From positions 1-41,779 of the forward strand of contig JBIOYF010000050.1 in assembly GCA_044870035.1 (NCBI GenBank): a stretch of 41,779 nucleotides of DNA, given 5' to 3'. The notes beneath the pieces were generated by a model. That model worked only from the letters and a program-made list of their open reading frames with translations, was not told the DNA's origin and did not search any database. Source of the DNA: Dehalococcoidia bacterium. GTDB taxonomy: Bacteria; Chloroflexota; Dehalococcoidia; DSTF01; RBG-16-68-14. Position 1 is the stretch's first letter. Every line of letters starts with the position of its first letter. Positions 1-9,695 of the stretch are shown piece after piece. Both the position numbers and the translations under genes were made by a program.

Positions 1-338
1 CGCCCCTTGCTGTTCGCGGTGATGTCGACGAGGTCGCCCTCTTGAAAGAGCTCCACGCCGATGCGCTCGCCGAGCTTGTGGCTCTCCGGGTCGTCGGCGC
101 GGAACTCGCGCAGGTGGCGGAAGTCGCCGAGGCGCTTCATGTGGCCGCGCATCGGCTTGTTCGGCCGCTTGACGGTGCCGTAGCCCACCTGGAGCGCGAC
201 GTAGCCGTCGCGCTGCTCGTTGCGGATCTGCGTCACCACGCAGGGCCCCGCCTCGATGACGGTGCCGCCGCGCAGGCGGCCCTGCTTATCGAAGACCTGC
301 ATCATGCCGATCTTGCGGCCGAGCAGCCCCTCGATCAC
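1..338 (-). CDS. rplC: 50S ribosomal protein L3, N-terminal part (gene runs off the left edge)
   Basis: My own minus-strand translation from the GTG at 338-336 gives [54 protein letters not shown]..., a canonical L3 N-terminus. The start overlaps the rpsJ stop (GTGA). It is absent from the ORF track because it is open-ended. Confidence 0.85.
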   Translation of the reverse strand, partial: MIEGLLGRKIGMMQVFDKQGRLRGGTVIEAGPCVVTQIRNEQRDGYVALQVGYGTVKRPNKPMRGHMKRLGDFRHLREFRADDPESHKLGERIGVELFQEGDLVDITANSKG

Positions 339-643
339 AGCTTCACCTCGATGTCGACGCCGGCGGGCAGCTGCAGGCGCATCAGCGTGTCGACGGTGCG
401 CGACGTGGGGTTCAGGATGTCGATCAGGCGCTTGTGCGTGCGGATCTCAAACTGCTCGCGGGAGTCCTTGTCGATGAACGGCGAGCGGATCACGGTGAAC
501 TTCTTGATGTGCGTGGGAAGGGGGATCGGGCCCGCGACGGCGGCGCCGGTGCGCTCGGCGGCCTCCACGATCTGCTCAGCGGACTGATCGAGGATCCGGT
601 GGTCGTAGGCCTTCAGGCGAATGCGGATCTTCTGCTGGGGCAT
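335..643 (-). CDS. rpsJ: 30S ribosomal protein S10
   Basis: The 102-aa [24 protein letters not shown]...PLPT...[24 protein letters not shown] is the textbook S10 sequence. It sits between fusA and rplC. Confidence 0.95.
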   Translation of the reverse strand: MPQQKIRIRLKAYDHRILDQSAEQIVEAAERTGAAVAGPIPLPTHIKKFTVIRSPFIDKDSREQFEIRTHKRLIDILNPTSRTVDTLMRLQLPAGVDIEVKL

Positions 644-646
644 GCG

Positions 647-2740
647 TTAGGCCCTCACCGGCTCTCTTTTGCTGCTGCCGCCCGAGATGCGGTTCGCAAC
701 CTCGGTCGGCACCTCCGCGTAGTGGTCGAACTCCATGCTGTACGTGCCGCGCCCCTGAGTGAGCGAGCGCAGTTGTGTCGCGTAGCCGAACGATTCCGCG
801 AGCGGAATAGTGGCGCGGATGACCTGGAGCTTGCCGCGCTGTTCCATGCCGAGGATTTGGCCGCGCCGGCTGTTGACGTCGCCGAGCACGTCGCCGAACG
901 TTTCCTCCGGCGTGATGATCTCGAGCTTCATGATCGGCTCCAGCAGCACCGGGTCGGCGCGGTGCAGCGCCTCGCGCATGGCCAGGATGCCCGCGCTACG
1001 GAACGCGATCTCCGACGAGTCGACCTGATGGTACTGGCCGTCGATCAATGAGACCGACACGTCGATCACCGGATAGCCGGCGACGGGGCCGCTATCGAGC
1101 GCCTGCGTGACGCCGGCCTTGACGGGCCCGATGTACTCCTTCGGGATCGAGCCGCCCTTGGTCGCGTCGATGAACTCGAAGCCGGCGCCGCGTTCGCGCG
1201 GGTGCACTTCGATTTCCGCGACGCCGAACTGACCGCGGCCGCCGGTCTGCTTGACGAAGCGGCCCTCTGCGCGCGCCGGGCGGCGGATCGCTTCCTTGAA
1301 CGCGACCTGCGGTTGGCCGACGTTCGCCTCGACGCGGAATTCGCGCTGGAGGCGGTCAACGATCACCTCGAGGTGGAGCTCGCCCATGCCGGTGATGACG
1401 GTCTGGCCGGTCTCATCGTCGTAGCGCGTACGGAACGTTGGGTCTTCTTCGGCCAGCTTGCGCAGGCTTTCGCCTAGCCGGTCTTGGTCTTCCTTCGTCT
1501 TCGGCTCGATGGCGAGTGCGACAACGGGCTCGGGGAAGCGGATCGATTCGAGGATGATCGGGTGGGCCGCGTCAGAGAGTGTGTCGCCGGTGAAGGTGTT
1601 CTTCAGCCCGATCGCGGCGGCGATGTCGCCGGCGAAGACCTCCTTGACGTCTTCTTGCTTGTTGGCGTGCATGCGCAGGAGCCGCCCGAAGCGCTCCTTC
1701 TTGTGCTGCGCGGTATTCATGATCGCGTCGCCCTCGGCGGCGTGGCCGGAGTAGACGCGGAAGTAGGCGAGCCGACCGACGTACGGGTCGCTGACGATCT
1801 TGAAGGCCAGCGCGCAGAACGGCTCTTCGTCCTTCGCCGAGCGCTCTAGCAGCTCGCCCTTGTCCGGCTCATGCCCGACGATCGGCGGGACGTCGTTCGG
1901 CGCGGGCAGGAAGTCGATGACACCGTCGAGGAGGAACTGCACGCCCTTGTTGCGCAGTGCCGCCCCGCAGAAGACCGGCGTGCCCTTGCTGGCGAGCGTA
2001 ATGCGACGGAGCGCCTTGCGCAGCTCGGCCGCGGTGACAGGGTGGCCCTCGACGTAGCTGATCATAAGCTGGTCGTCCAGCTCTGCGGCGCGCTCGATGA
2101 GCCGGTCGCGCTGCGTCTTCGCTTCTTCGACTAGCCCGGCCGGGATCACGCCTTCGATCGGGTCGTCGGCCTGGTCTTCAGGGAAGGTCCAGGCCTTCTG
2201 CTCGATCAGGTCGATCACGCCGACGAAGTCAACCTCGATGCCGATCGGGATCTGGACGGGGAGGGGGTGCGACTCGAGCCGCTCTTCGATCATGTCGATC
2301 GTGCGCCAGTAGTCGGCGCCGATGCGGTCCATCTTGTTGACGAAGCAGACGCGCGGCACGCGGTAGCGGTCCGCCTGGCGCCAGACCGTCTCGGACTGCG
2401 GTTCGACGCCGTGCACCGCGTCGAACACCACGACGCCGCCATCGAGCACGCGCAGACTGCGCTCTACCTCGACGGTGAAGTCGACGTGGCCGGGCGTGTC
2501 GATGATGTTGACCTGGTGATCGCGCCAGTTGCAGCTCGTCGCGGCGGCGGTGATCGTGATGCCGCGCTCACGCTCCTGGGCCATCCAGTCCATCACCGCG
2601 GTGCCCTCGTGCACCTCGCCGATCTTGTACGTGCGGCCGGTGTAGAAGAGCACGCGCTCGGTAACGGTCGTCTTACCGGCGTCGATGTGGGCGATGATGC
2701 CGATGTTGCGCACCCGGTCGATTGGATATTCTCTTGCCAT
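647..2740 (-). CDS. fusA: Translation elongation factor G
   Basis: The ORF 647-2779 contains [43 protein letters not shown] and NKMD GTPase motifs. I chose the internal ATG at 2740 (MAREYP...) because EF-G normally starts about 10 aa before the G1 motif. The 13 upstream codons look like read-through. Confidence 0.95.
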   Translation of the reverse strand: MAREYPIDRVRNIGIIAHIDAGKTTVTERVLFYTGRTYKIGEVHEGTAVMDWMAQERERGITITAAATSCNWRDHQVNIIDTPGHVDFTVEVERSLRVLDGGVVVFDAVHGVEPQSETVWRQADRYRVPRVCFVNKMDRIGADYWRTIDMIEERLESHPLPVQIPIGIEVDFVGVIDLIEQKAWTFPEDQADDPIEGVIPAGLVEEAKTQRDRLIERAAELDDQLMISYVEGHPVTAAELRKALRRITLASKGTPVFCGAALRNKGVQFLLDGVIDFLPAPNDVPPIVGHEPDKGELLERSAKDEEPFCALAFKIVSDPYVGRLAYFRVYSGHAAEGDAIMNTAQHKKERFGRLLRMHANKQEDVKEVFAGDIAAAIGLKNTFTGDTLSDAAHPIILESIRFPEPVVALAIEPKTKEDQDRLGESLRKLAEEDPTFRTRYDDETGQTVITGMGELHLEVIVDRLQREFRVEANVGQPQVAFKEAIRRPARAEGRFVKQTGGRGQFGVAEIEVHPRERGAGFEFIDATKGGSIPKEYIGPVKAGVTQALDSGPVAGYPVIDVSVSLIDGQYHQVDSSEIAFRSAGILAMREALHRADPVLLEPIMKLEIITPEETFGDVLGDVNSRRGQILGMEQRGKLQVIRATIPLAESFGYATQLRSLTQGRGTYSMEFDHYAEVPTEVANRISGGSSKREPVRA

Positions 2741-2786
2741 CTCTACAAAGGTTTGGGGCCGCCCGACGGCCGGCCCCATGACACTC

Positions 2787-3257
2787 CTACCAACGATAAT
2801 GAGCGAACGCCCGGTTCGCCTCCGCCATGCGATGCGTGTCCTGCTTCAGCTTTACGGTCGTTCCCTGGTTGTTCGCCGCATCGATCAGCTCCGATGCCAG
2901 GCGTTCCGCCATCGTCTTGCCCTTGCGCGAGCGGGACGAGTGCAGCAGCCAGCGGAGCGCGAGCGCCATGCGCCTGTCCGGCCGGATGTCCACCGGCACC
3001 TGATAGGTAGCGCCGCCCACGCGCCGCGCCTTCACCTCGACCATCGGCGTGGCGTTGCGCACGGCCTCCTCGAACACTTCGACGGGCGGCCGGTGCAGTT
3101 GACGTTCGATGTCGTCGAGCGCCTTGTAGACAATGCGCTCAGCGGTGCTCTTCTTGCCTCGAGTCATCACCTTGTTGATGAACATGCTGAGCGTGCGGTT
3201 GCCATACTTGGCATCCAGCTGCACAGCCCGTCGCACGACCCGAGTCCGTCTCGGCAT
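2787..3257 (-). CDS. rpsG: 30S ribosomal protein S7
   Basis: 156 aa. MPRR...[13 protein letters not shown]...[21 protein letters not shown]...[13 protein letters not shown] is canonical S7. Confidence 0.95.
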   Translation of the reverse strand: MPRRTRVVRRAVQLDAKYGNRTLSMFINKVMTRGKKSTAERIVYKALDDIERQLHRPPVEVFEEAVRNATPMVEVKARRVGGATYQVPVDIRPDRRMALALRWLLHSSRSRKGKTMAERLASELIDAANNQGTTVKLKQDTHRMAEANRAFAHYRW

Positions 3258-3338
3258 GACGCTGTTCCTCTATCTGTAGGCAAGCCGCCTCGCGGTCACG
3301 AGGCGTACTGCGATGTGTCCTAGCTACTCTGCACCGGG

Positions 3339-3770
3339 CTACGCGCCGCCGCCAGGCGTGCCGCCCTTACGGGTGCCGTATTTGCTGCGTCCTCGCTGAC
3401 GGCCCGAGACGCCCTGCGAATCGAGGGCGCCGCGGACGATGTGGTAGCGGACGCCCGGCAGGTCCTTCACGCGGCCGCCGCGGATCAGCACGACCGAGTG
3501 CTCCTGCAGGCTGTGGCCTTCGCCCGGGATGTACGCCGTCACCTCGATGCCGTTCGTCAGGCGGACGCGGGCGATCTTGCGCAGCGCGGAGTTGGGCTTC
3601 TTCGGCGTCATCGTTCGCACCTGTGTACAGACCCCACGCTTTTGCGGCGAGCCCTTGCCGCGCTGCAGCCGGTTCTTCATGGCGTTGTAGGTAAAGCGTA
3701 GGGCGGGGGCCTTGGTCTTCTTGGTGACCGGCTTCCGTCCCTTGCGTACCAGCTGATTGATCGTTGGCAT
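3339..3770 (-). CDS. rpsL: 30S ribosomal protein S12 (with an internal N-terminal insertion)
   Basis: 143 aa. [12 protein letters not shown]...[10 protein letters not shown]...[60 protein letters not shown] is canonical S12. Confidence 0.95.
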   Translation of the reverse strand: MPTINQLVRKGRKPVTKKTKAPALRFTYNAMKNRLQRGKGSPQKRGVCTQVRTMTPKKPNSALRKIARVRLTNGIEVTAYIPGEGHSLQEHSVVLIRGGRVKDLPGVRYHIVRGALDSQGVSGRQRGRSKYGTRKGGTPGGGA

Positions 3771-3954
3771 AACGCTTCTCTACCGCGCCCTTCGGAAGAC
3801 AAAGTCCGAGGCCAAGGGCCTGTTCCGGAGCCTGACCCGGCGTGGGACTTGTTCCCCGCCTGTGGCGGGGAGCGGATCCCACTCGGCCGGCGGTCATCTC
3901 GGTCGGGGGCCTCTGGCCTACCGACGTACGCTCTTCGTTAGGCGCCGACATTCT

Positions 3955-3983
3955 AGTCTAGCCGCGTCGATTCTAGCTGTCAA
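3955..3983 (-). promoter_or_regulatory. Sigma-70-like promoter candidate for the rpsL operon
   Basis: The minus strand reads TTGACA (3983-3978), a 17-nt spacer, then TAGACT (3960-3955). This lies about 185 nt upstream of the rpsL ATG, implying a long 5' leader. Motif match only. Confidence 0.4.
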
Positions 3984-4117
3984 GCCTTCCTAACAGAAGC
4001 CCCTAGACCCTCCGACGTAGGTCGGAACCCTCAAGGTCTCCAGCTCAGACGCCGATATTCCTCTGGTTGGCACACGTACGGGGAACCCTGCGGGTCCAGG
4101 CTTTCAAGGTGACATAA

Positions 4118-4936
4118 ATGAACTACGATGAGCAGCAGCTAGACATAAGGGCCGGCGCTGGTGCGCGCAGGCGCGCCGTGCGGCTGACCGCACTCGTACT
4201 GGGAATCGGCATGCTGCTCGTGGCCGCCGTGTTCCTGCTGGGCGGGGCCTGGAGCCAGTCGCCGGCCGATAACGCCGCGGCCTACGAGGATGGGCCCGAC
4301 ATCCCCAAGCTTGGCGCGATCACGGATGCCGCCCAGATTCGAGCCAGGCTCGTCTGGCTGAGCGCCGCGCTCCAGCCGACTCCGACGTTCACCCCTGTCC
4401 CGCCCACTTCCGTCCCGACCGTCGCAGCCGAGCAGGGCGGCTACCAGCCGGGCGCGCCGCCAGCCTCGGAGCCGCAGCCGGCCGCATCTGTGGTCGTCGC
4501 CGCGGCGCCCGCGGCTGGCTGCCCCACCGCCTCGATCAATGGCTACGCGCTGGCGCTTTTCGACGCGATCAACGGCGCGCGCGCCCAGAACGGCATGGGA
4601 CCGCTCGCGGCCGACGGCTGCGTAACGTACGTCGCGCAGATCCGCTCGAACGACATGGCCACGCGCGGCTACTTCGCGCATCAGAGCCCCGACGGCTCGA
4701 GCGCGTTCTCGCTGCTCGACTACTACGGCGTGCCGAGCGGCTGGGCGGGCGAGAACCTGGCGCGCAACAACTATCCGGAGGACCAGACGGTGGCCGTCGC
4801 CATCCGCGACCTGATGGCGAGCCCGCCGCACCGCGAGAACATCCTCAACCCGAACTACACCGCCATGGGCGTCGCCGTCGCAGTAGACGGCACGGGCATC
4901 TACTACTACACGATGGTCTTCACCGGCCCGGCGTAA
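4118..4936 (+). CDS. Membrane-anchored CAP/SCP (PR-1 / YkwD-like) domain protein
   Basis: 272 aa. It has an N-terminal TM segment (LTALVLGIGMLLVAAVFLLGG), a Pro/Thr-rich spacer, and a C-terminal block YFAHQSPDG...GENLA...SPPHRENILNPNYTAMGVA typical of bacterial CAP/SCP domains. Confidence 0.75.
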   Translation: MNYDEQQLDIRAGAGARRRAVRLTALVLGIGMLLVAAVFLLGGAWSQSPADNAAAYEDGPDIPKLGAITDAAQIRARLVWLSAALQPTPTFTPVPPTSVPTVAAEQGGYQPGAPPASEPQPAASVVVAAAPAAGCPTASINGYALALFDAINGARAQNGMGPLAADGCVTYVAQIRSNDMATRGYFAHQSPDGSSAFSLLDYYGVPSGWAGENLARNNYPEDQTVAVAIRDLMASPPHRENILNPNYTAMGVAVAVDGTGIYYYTMVFTGPA

Positions 4937-5258
4937 GATCGGCTCCGGCTCCAGCGTCTCAGCCCTCGCTTCCACCTCCAGCCTGTTGCCTCCCGCTGTC
5001 CGCCTCTGCTCAGCCCACCATGCGTGTGGACTGGGGTGGGTAGCGATCTGGTAGGGCTGGTGCTGGAGCTAGGTTCGCCGAAGGGGCCGCGGCGCGCGAT
5101 GACGACCGGGCGGATTCTGACGCCGGTCGTTGACCGTGATCCGCGCTGTTGCCTCGGAAACGCTCTGCTCAGGGTAGCGGCGCTGCGGAGAATCCGCCAA
5201 AACCGAGGGCCTTGCTATATTGCCAAGCGGAGGTCGCAGTGGAAAGGTGCAGGATTCT

Positions 5259-7682
5259 ATGGTAGGCGAGCCGCGGGCCCGCCCGGCAGTCTACGGCGGG
5301 CTCTTCTTCACAACGCTCAGCACACTGATGTACGAGATCCTGCTCACGCGGATTTTCAGCGTGACCATGTGGTATCACTTCGCCTTCGTGGCCGTCTCCG
5401 TAGCCTTGTTTGGCATGACGGTTGGTGCGCTCGCCGTGTACTTGCTGCCTGCGGGCTTTCCCAGAGAGCGGACCACGGAGCGGCTCTTCCAGGCCTCCTT
5501 TCTGTTCAGCGTCTCCATGGTGCTGAGCTTCAGACTGCAGCTCGCGGTCCCCTTCGATCCGCGCTGGTCAGTTATCTCCCTGTTCTCTATCTCGTTCATC
5601 TACCTCATCACTTCGGTGCCCTTCGTCTTCAGCGGCATCGCGGTTTGTCTCGCTCTGACCAGGTTCTCGCGAGACGTGAGCCGCTTGTACGCAATCGACC
5701 TTATAGGCGCCGGCCTAGGTACGGTGACGCTGATCTGGCTGCTCAACCTACTCGAGGACGGTCCATCGGCCGTACTGGCGTCCGCCGCGATGGCCGCACT
5801 GGGCGCAGTCTGCTTCGGCACCGCAACCGCGCGCCGCCGCGTGGTCCTTGCCGGAGTCTGCACTATGGTTCTTGCAGGACTGGCTGTCGGAAACGCGTAC
5901 TCCGTACAGAACCACCACCCGTTGCTCCGCGTCCATTACGCAAAAGGTCAGGCCGAAGGCGTTCCCCTGGTCGAACAGTGGAACGCTTATTCACGTGTCC
6001 GCGTATGGGGTAACCCGAACTTCCCATTCGCCCCATCGGGCTGGGGGCTAAGCGCTGCGGTGCCCAAGGACCTGCGGGAGCAACGCCTGAACCTAGACAT
6101 TGATGCAGGAGCTGCCACGGTGCTCATACACTACGACGGCACGCCTCGTAGCATTGAGCACTTGCGCTACGACGTGGTCAACGTCGTGCACTATCTTCGG
6201 CCCAACAGCAATGTGTTCGTTATTGGGAGTGGCGGGGGAAGAGACGTCATGGCGGCCCTGCTGTTCCGCCAGAAGTCGGTGACTGCAATAGAGCTGAACA
6301 AGAATATCCTCGAACTGGTCAATGGACGCTATGGCGATTACACCGGGCATTTGGACCGCCAGCCCGGAGTGCACTTCGTCAACGATGAGGCGCGCAGCTA
6401 CCTCACCCGCTCCGACGACCGGTACGACATCATCCAGATCTCGCTCATTGACACCTGGGCAGCAACCGCTGCCGGCGCCTTCGCCCTCTCCGAGAACTCA
6501 CTCTACACGGTGGAGGCCTGGCAAACGTTTCTGAACCATCTGGCCCCGCAAGGCGTTCTCAGCGTCTCACGCTGGTTCAACGAGGGCGAGCCGCTAGAGA
6601 CCTACCGGCTGACGGCGCTCGCCGCCAAGGCGCTGCGCGAGAGAGGGATCTCCAGTCCGCGCGACCACATCCTGCTAATCCGGAGCGCAACGGGTCCCAA
6701 TAGCGTGGCAGCCAACGTCTTCGTGGCCACGATCCTGGTTAGCGATCAGCCCTTCTCCGCTGCAGATGTCGAGGAACTACAGGGCGTCGCCGCGCGCCTT
6801 CGCTTCGAGATGGTCCTTGCGCCCGAACCCGCCCAGAGCGACCCGCTCTTCGCCTCGATCGCCGCTGCCGGCGATCCGAACACCGTACACCTCGGCGTCC
6901 CTGCCGATATTTCCGCTCCCACGGATGACCGGCCTTACTTCTTCTTGATGCTGGGCTATAGAGACGTCTTCGACCCGCACGCCTATACGCTGTCCAAGAA
7001 TCTCACCCAGCCGGTCCTCGTGCTCTTCAGCCTGTCTCTGGCTGTCATCGGCCTTACACTCCTTTGCATCCTCTTCCCCCTGGCCTTAGCGACGAGCCGG
7101 CGGGCCTTGCAGGGCACGATCCTTCTGATCGTCTTCTTCTGCAGCATCGGGCTCGGCTTCCTCCTGCTGGAGATCTCGCAGATGCAGCGCCTCATCATCT
7201 TCCTCGGCCATCCTACGTATGCGCTCTCCGTGGTTCTATTTTCGTTGCTCGTCTTCAGCGGACTGGGCAGCCTGGCAACGGAGCGGCTGACGGACGCAGG
7301 CCGGAGCAAGTCCCTGCTGCTGCCGTTCGCTGCTCTGCTGGTGGTGCTTGCGACATTCGGCCTCGTGACAACCTCGGTGATCGATGCCTCCGAAGGCGCA
7401 ACGACGCCGGCGCGCATTGCCATCGCCGCGGCGATCCTGGCGCCGATGGGCTTCCTGATGGGTATGCCCTTCCCGCTGGGAATGAAGGTCGCCGCGTTAC
7501 GGCCCAACGCCCCGACGACGTTCTTCTGGGGGATCAACGGAGCTACGTCAGTCTGCGCCTCCGTGTTGGCGGTCGCGATCTCACTCGGCTGGGGCGTCTC
7601 GGCCGCATTCTGGGTTGGCTTCGCCAGTTACGTCATCGCGACGTCGGCAATCTCATTGACCGTTCTTCGCCAACGGATCTAA
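5259..7682 (+). CDS. Polytopic membrane protein with a central spermidine-synthase-like (PABS / class I methyltransferase fold) domain
   Basis: The ORF runs 5220-7682; I prefer the ATG at 5259 (MVGEPRA...). It has N-terminal multi-TM and C-terminal multi-TM blocks. The central soluble region carries VFVIGSGGGRDV (Gly-rich nucleotide loop) and YDIIQISLIDTW...LAPQGVLSV, mirroring the spermidine synthase GGGDG and D-x-x-D-P blocks. Confidence 0.7.
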   Translation: MVGEPRARPAVYGGLFFTTLSTLMYEILLTRIFSVTMWYHFAFVAVSVALFGMTVGALAVYLLPAGFPRERTTERLFQASFLFSVSMVLSFRLQLAVPFDPRWSVISLFSISFIYLITSVPFVFSGIAVCLALTRFSRDVSRLYAIDLIGAGLGTVTLIWLLNLLEDGPSAVLASAAMAALGAVCFGTATARRRVVLAGVCTMVLAGLAVGNAYSVQNHHPLLRVHYAKGQAEGVPLVEQWNAYSRVRVWGNPNFPFAPSGWGLSAAVPKDLREQRLNLDIDAGAATVLIHYDGTPRSIEHLRYDVVNVVHYLRPNSNVFVIGSGGGRDVMAALLFRQKSVTAIELNKNILELVNGRYGDYTGHLDRQPGVHFVNDEARSYLTRSDDRYDIIQISLIDTWAATAAGAFALSENSLYTVEAWQTFLNHLAPQGVLSVSRWFNEGEPLETYRLTALAAKALRERGISSPRDHILLIRSATGPNSVAANVFVATILVSDQPFSAADVEELQGVAARLRFEMVLAPEPAQSDPLFASIAAAGDPNTVHLGVPADISAPTDDRPYFFLMLGYRDVFDPHAYTLSKNLTQPVLVLFSLSLAVIGLTLLCILFPLALATSRRALQGTILLIVFFCSIGLGFLLLEISQMQRLIIFLGHPTYALSVVLFSLLVFSGLGSLATERLTDAGRSKSLLLPFAALLVVLATFGLVTTSVIDASEGATTPARIAIAAAILAPMGFLMGMPFPLGMKVAALRPNAPTTFFWGINGATSVCASVLAVAISLGWGVSAAFWVGFASYVIATSAISLTVLRQRI

Positions 7683-7770
7683 ACGAGCCCGCCAGCGCCC
7701 GCCTGCTCTCTCTACCTGCGAACCTCGAACTTCCAGCCTTTAGGCCCTTGGCCCGTGGCCCTTGGCCTTG

Positions 7771-9168
7771 CTACGCCGCCTTCTCCAGCTCGACGAAGTA
7801 GGACGTGGCCGACAGATCGAGCCAGTCCGGCGCGAGCACGGGCTCCTTGCCATAAAAGCGCGTAATGTCGAGCAAGAGGTTGACGAGGTCACGCGGATGA
7901 CAGGCCTTGGGAGCGCGGCCCGGCGTTTCCTCGTACATGCGCAGCAAATACTGCGCGCCTTCCTCCGTGTAGGCTGCGCCCTTCTCCGCGCAGACGCGGC
8001 GCAGGATCTCCAGGTAGTCCTCGGGCGTGGGGTTGGGGATCTCTACCTTGTGGCGAATGCGGCGGAAGAACGCCTCGTCGCCTAGGCGGCCGGGCGGAAT
8101 GTTCGACGAAAAGATCAGCAGCACGTCGAACGGCAGCTCCACCGTGTCGCCGGTGTGGAGCGAAAGGTGATCGATGCCGTGCTCCATCGGGACGATCCAG
8201 CGGTTCAGCAGCTCCTGCGGCTGGATCATCTGGCGACCGAAGTCGTCGATGATCAGCACGCCGCTGTTCGCCTTCCACTGGAGTGGCGCGACATAGAACT
8301 TAGACGTGGCGGAGTAGCTGAGCTCCAGGTCCTTGAGAGTCAGCTCTCCCCCAACGCTCACGACCGGGCGCTTCGCGATGACCCAGCGCGGGTCTTGCCT
8401 TCGCTCGCGGCCGGCGGCGTTGAAGCGAGCCAGGTTCAGACGCCGCTCCTCGAGCACGTCGTCAGCGATCCGTTGATGCATGCGCGGGTCGAAGACCTTG
8501 ATGATCTGCCCGTGGATGACCACAGCGTAGGGGATGAGTACCTCGCCGGGGAGCATGCGCCCGACGGCTAGTGTGATGGAGCTCTTGCCGTTCCCCGCCC
8601 CGCCGTAGAGGAGCAGCGAGCGGCCGGAGTTGAGCGCGGGTCCCAGCCCCGCCAGCACCCGCCTCGGTAGTACGAGGTGCGCTAGGCCAGCCAGGTAGGT
8701 CTCCGTGTCGATGCGAATTTCGCTCGCTGACTGCCGCGAGAGGACATCGACATAGAGATCGAACGGGACGGGCGCTGGGCCGACGTATGCACTGCGCGCC
8801 AGCGCCTCCTCCGCCTTGTGCCTGCCGCGATCGGTGAGGGCGTATTGATACGCCTGCTCGCCCACACCGGAGCTGCCCACGATCTCGATCACCTGCTCCT
8901 GACGCAGGAACGTGATCAGCTCCTCCAGCACCGCGTACGAAAGCGCCAGATGCTCGGAGAGCGTTCGCCCGGAGGGGCGTCCCAGGAAATAGATCGTCTT
9001 CAGGGTGAGGTCGACGAGGAGCGAAAGCTCGAGGCCCGTCTCTTCTATCTTGGCAGGCTGGGCGACGAACGGTTCGTCGATCAGGTTCGAATCGCCCGGA
9101 TTAGCGGGCGAAGTTGCCGGAATGGTCTGTGTACCCAAGGTGGTGTCGTCCTCCCTTCCACCAGTCAT
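7771..9168 (-). CDS. AAA+ ATPase (MoxR/ChlI-like core) with an N-terminal winged-helix-like region of about 190 aa
   Basis: 465 aa. Walker A is LLLYGGAGNGKSS and Walker B is VLIIDDFGRQ. The downstream block LNRWIVPMEHGIDHLSLHTGDTVELPFDVLLIFSSNIPPGRLGDEAFFRRIRHKVEI resembles the MoxR/ChlI substrate-engaging and arginine-finger region. No obvious SD precedes the ATG, so the start is uncertain. Confidence 0.8.
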   Translation of the reverse strand: MTGGREDDTTLGTQTIPATSPANPGDSNLIDEPFVAQPAKIEETGLELSLLVDLTLKTIYFLGRPSGRTLSEHLALSYAVLEELITFLRQEQVIEIVGSSGVGEQAYQYALTDRGRHKAEEALARSAYVGPAPVPFDLYVDVLSRQSASEIRIDTETYLAGLAHLVLPRRVLAGLGPALNSGRSLLLYGGAGNGKSSITLAVGRMLPGEVLIPYAVVIHGQIIKVFDPRMHQRIADDVLEERRLNLARFNAAGRERRQDPRWVIAKRPVVSVGGELTLKDLELSYSATSKFYVAPLQWKANSGVLIIDDFGRQMIQPQELLNRWIVPMEHGIDHLSLHTGDTVELPFDVLLIFSSNIPPGRLGDEAFFRRIRHKVEIPNPTPEDYLEILRRVCAEKGAAYTEEGAQYLLRMYEETPGRAPKACHPRDLVNLLLDITRFYGKEPVLAPDWLDLSATSYFVELEKAA

Positions 9169-9198
9169 TATCGGTCGAAGGAGCGGCCAATTGCGCCT

Positions 9199-9627
9199 TT
9201 ATTCAGCCAGGACAAGCTCCTGGGTCAGATCGCCCCAGCTAAAGAGCACGGCGGAGAGCCGGACGCCGGCGCGCGAGAAGATGCCTTCGTCGAACCAGCG
9301 GCGGAGAGCATGACGTGCCTGCGATTCGGCCTCGCCCATCGCGTAGAAGTCGATCGGGTGAAGAACCGAGAAGCGGGCGCTGGCCAAGGGCCGCTGCCCG
9401 CTATCATGCGCGACGAGCGCGAACGAAACGCTGTTGACGCCGTAGGGCCGGTGCATGGTGCTTAGCACGTCTCGGCACCAGGCCAGCACCTCTTCAGAGA
9501 TGCCGTCCTCACGCCGATCGTCGGCGGGCCAGCTCATACGATAGAGGCCCACGCCTGAGTCGATCGCGCGGCGGACGGCTTGGTGAAGCGCCCGACGTTC
9601 CAGCAAACGGCTGACCGGATTGTGCAC
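9199..9627 (-). CDS. Hypothetical cytoplasmic protein (no family recognised)
   Basis: 142-aa ORF with a GTG start preceded by GGGGGGAGAG (SD) at proper spacing. It ends 30 nt upstream of the AAA+ ATPase gene on the same strand. No TM segment or signal peptide is seen. Confidence 0.6.
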   Translation of the reverse strand: MHNPVSRLLERRALHQAVRRAIDSGVGLYRMSWPADDRREDGISEEVLAWCRDVLSTMHRPYGVNSVSFALVAHDSGQRPLASARFSVLHPIDFYAMGEAESQARHALRRWFDEGIFSRAGVRLSAVLFSWGDLTQELVLAE

Positions 9628-9695
9628 GAGTCTCTCCCCCCGAAGTGGCTCGCGTTCTCTGAGAAGTATCGGCCTGGGGAAGCGTGTCGCGAGGG

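Noticed and set aside
3367-3951. 194-aa minus-strand ORF overlapping rpsL in another frame.
   Set aside because: rpsL is unambiguous. The overlapping frame is Pro/Arg/Gly-rich noise that extends into the leader.
4068-4083. TGGCAC element upstream of the CAP-domain gene that resembles the -24 box of sigma-54 promoters.
   Set aside because: The required -12 element (TTGC[A/T]) is absent after the 5-nt spacer; the sequence there is CGGGG. No sigma-54 activator gene is in the window.
5024-6013. 329-aa plus-strand ORF overlapping the start of the spermidine-synthase-like membrane protein gene in another frame.
   Set aside because: It is Arg-rich with a non-protein-like composition. The competing frame encodes regular TM helices and conserved motifs continuously for 800+ aa.
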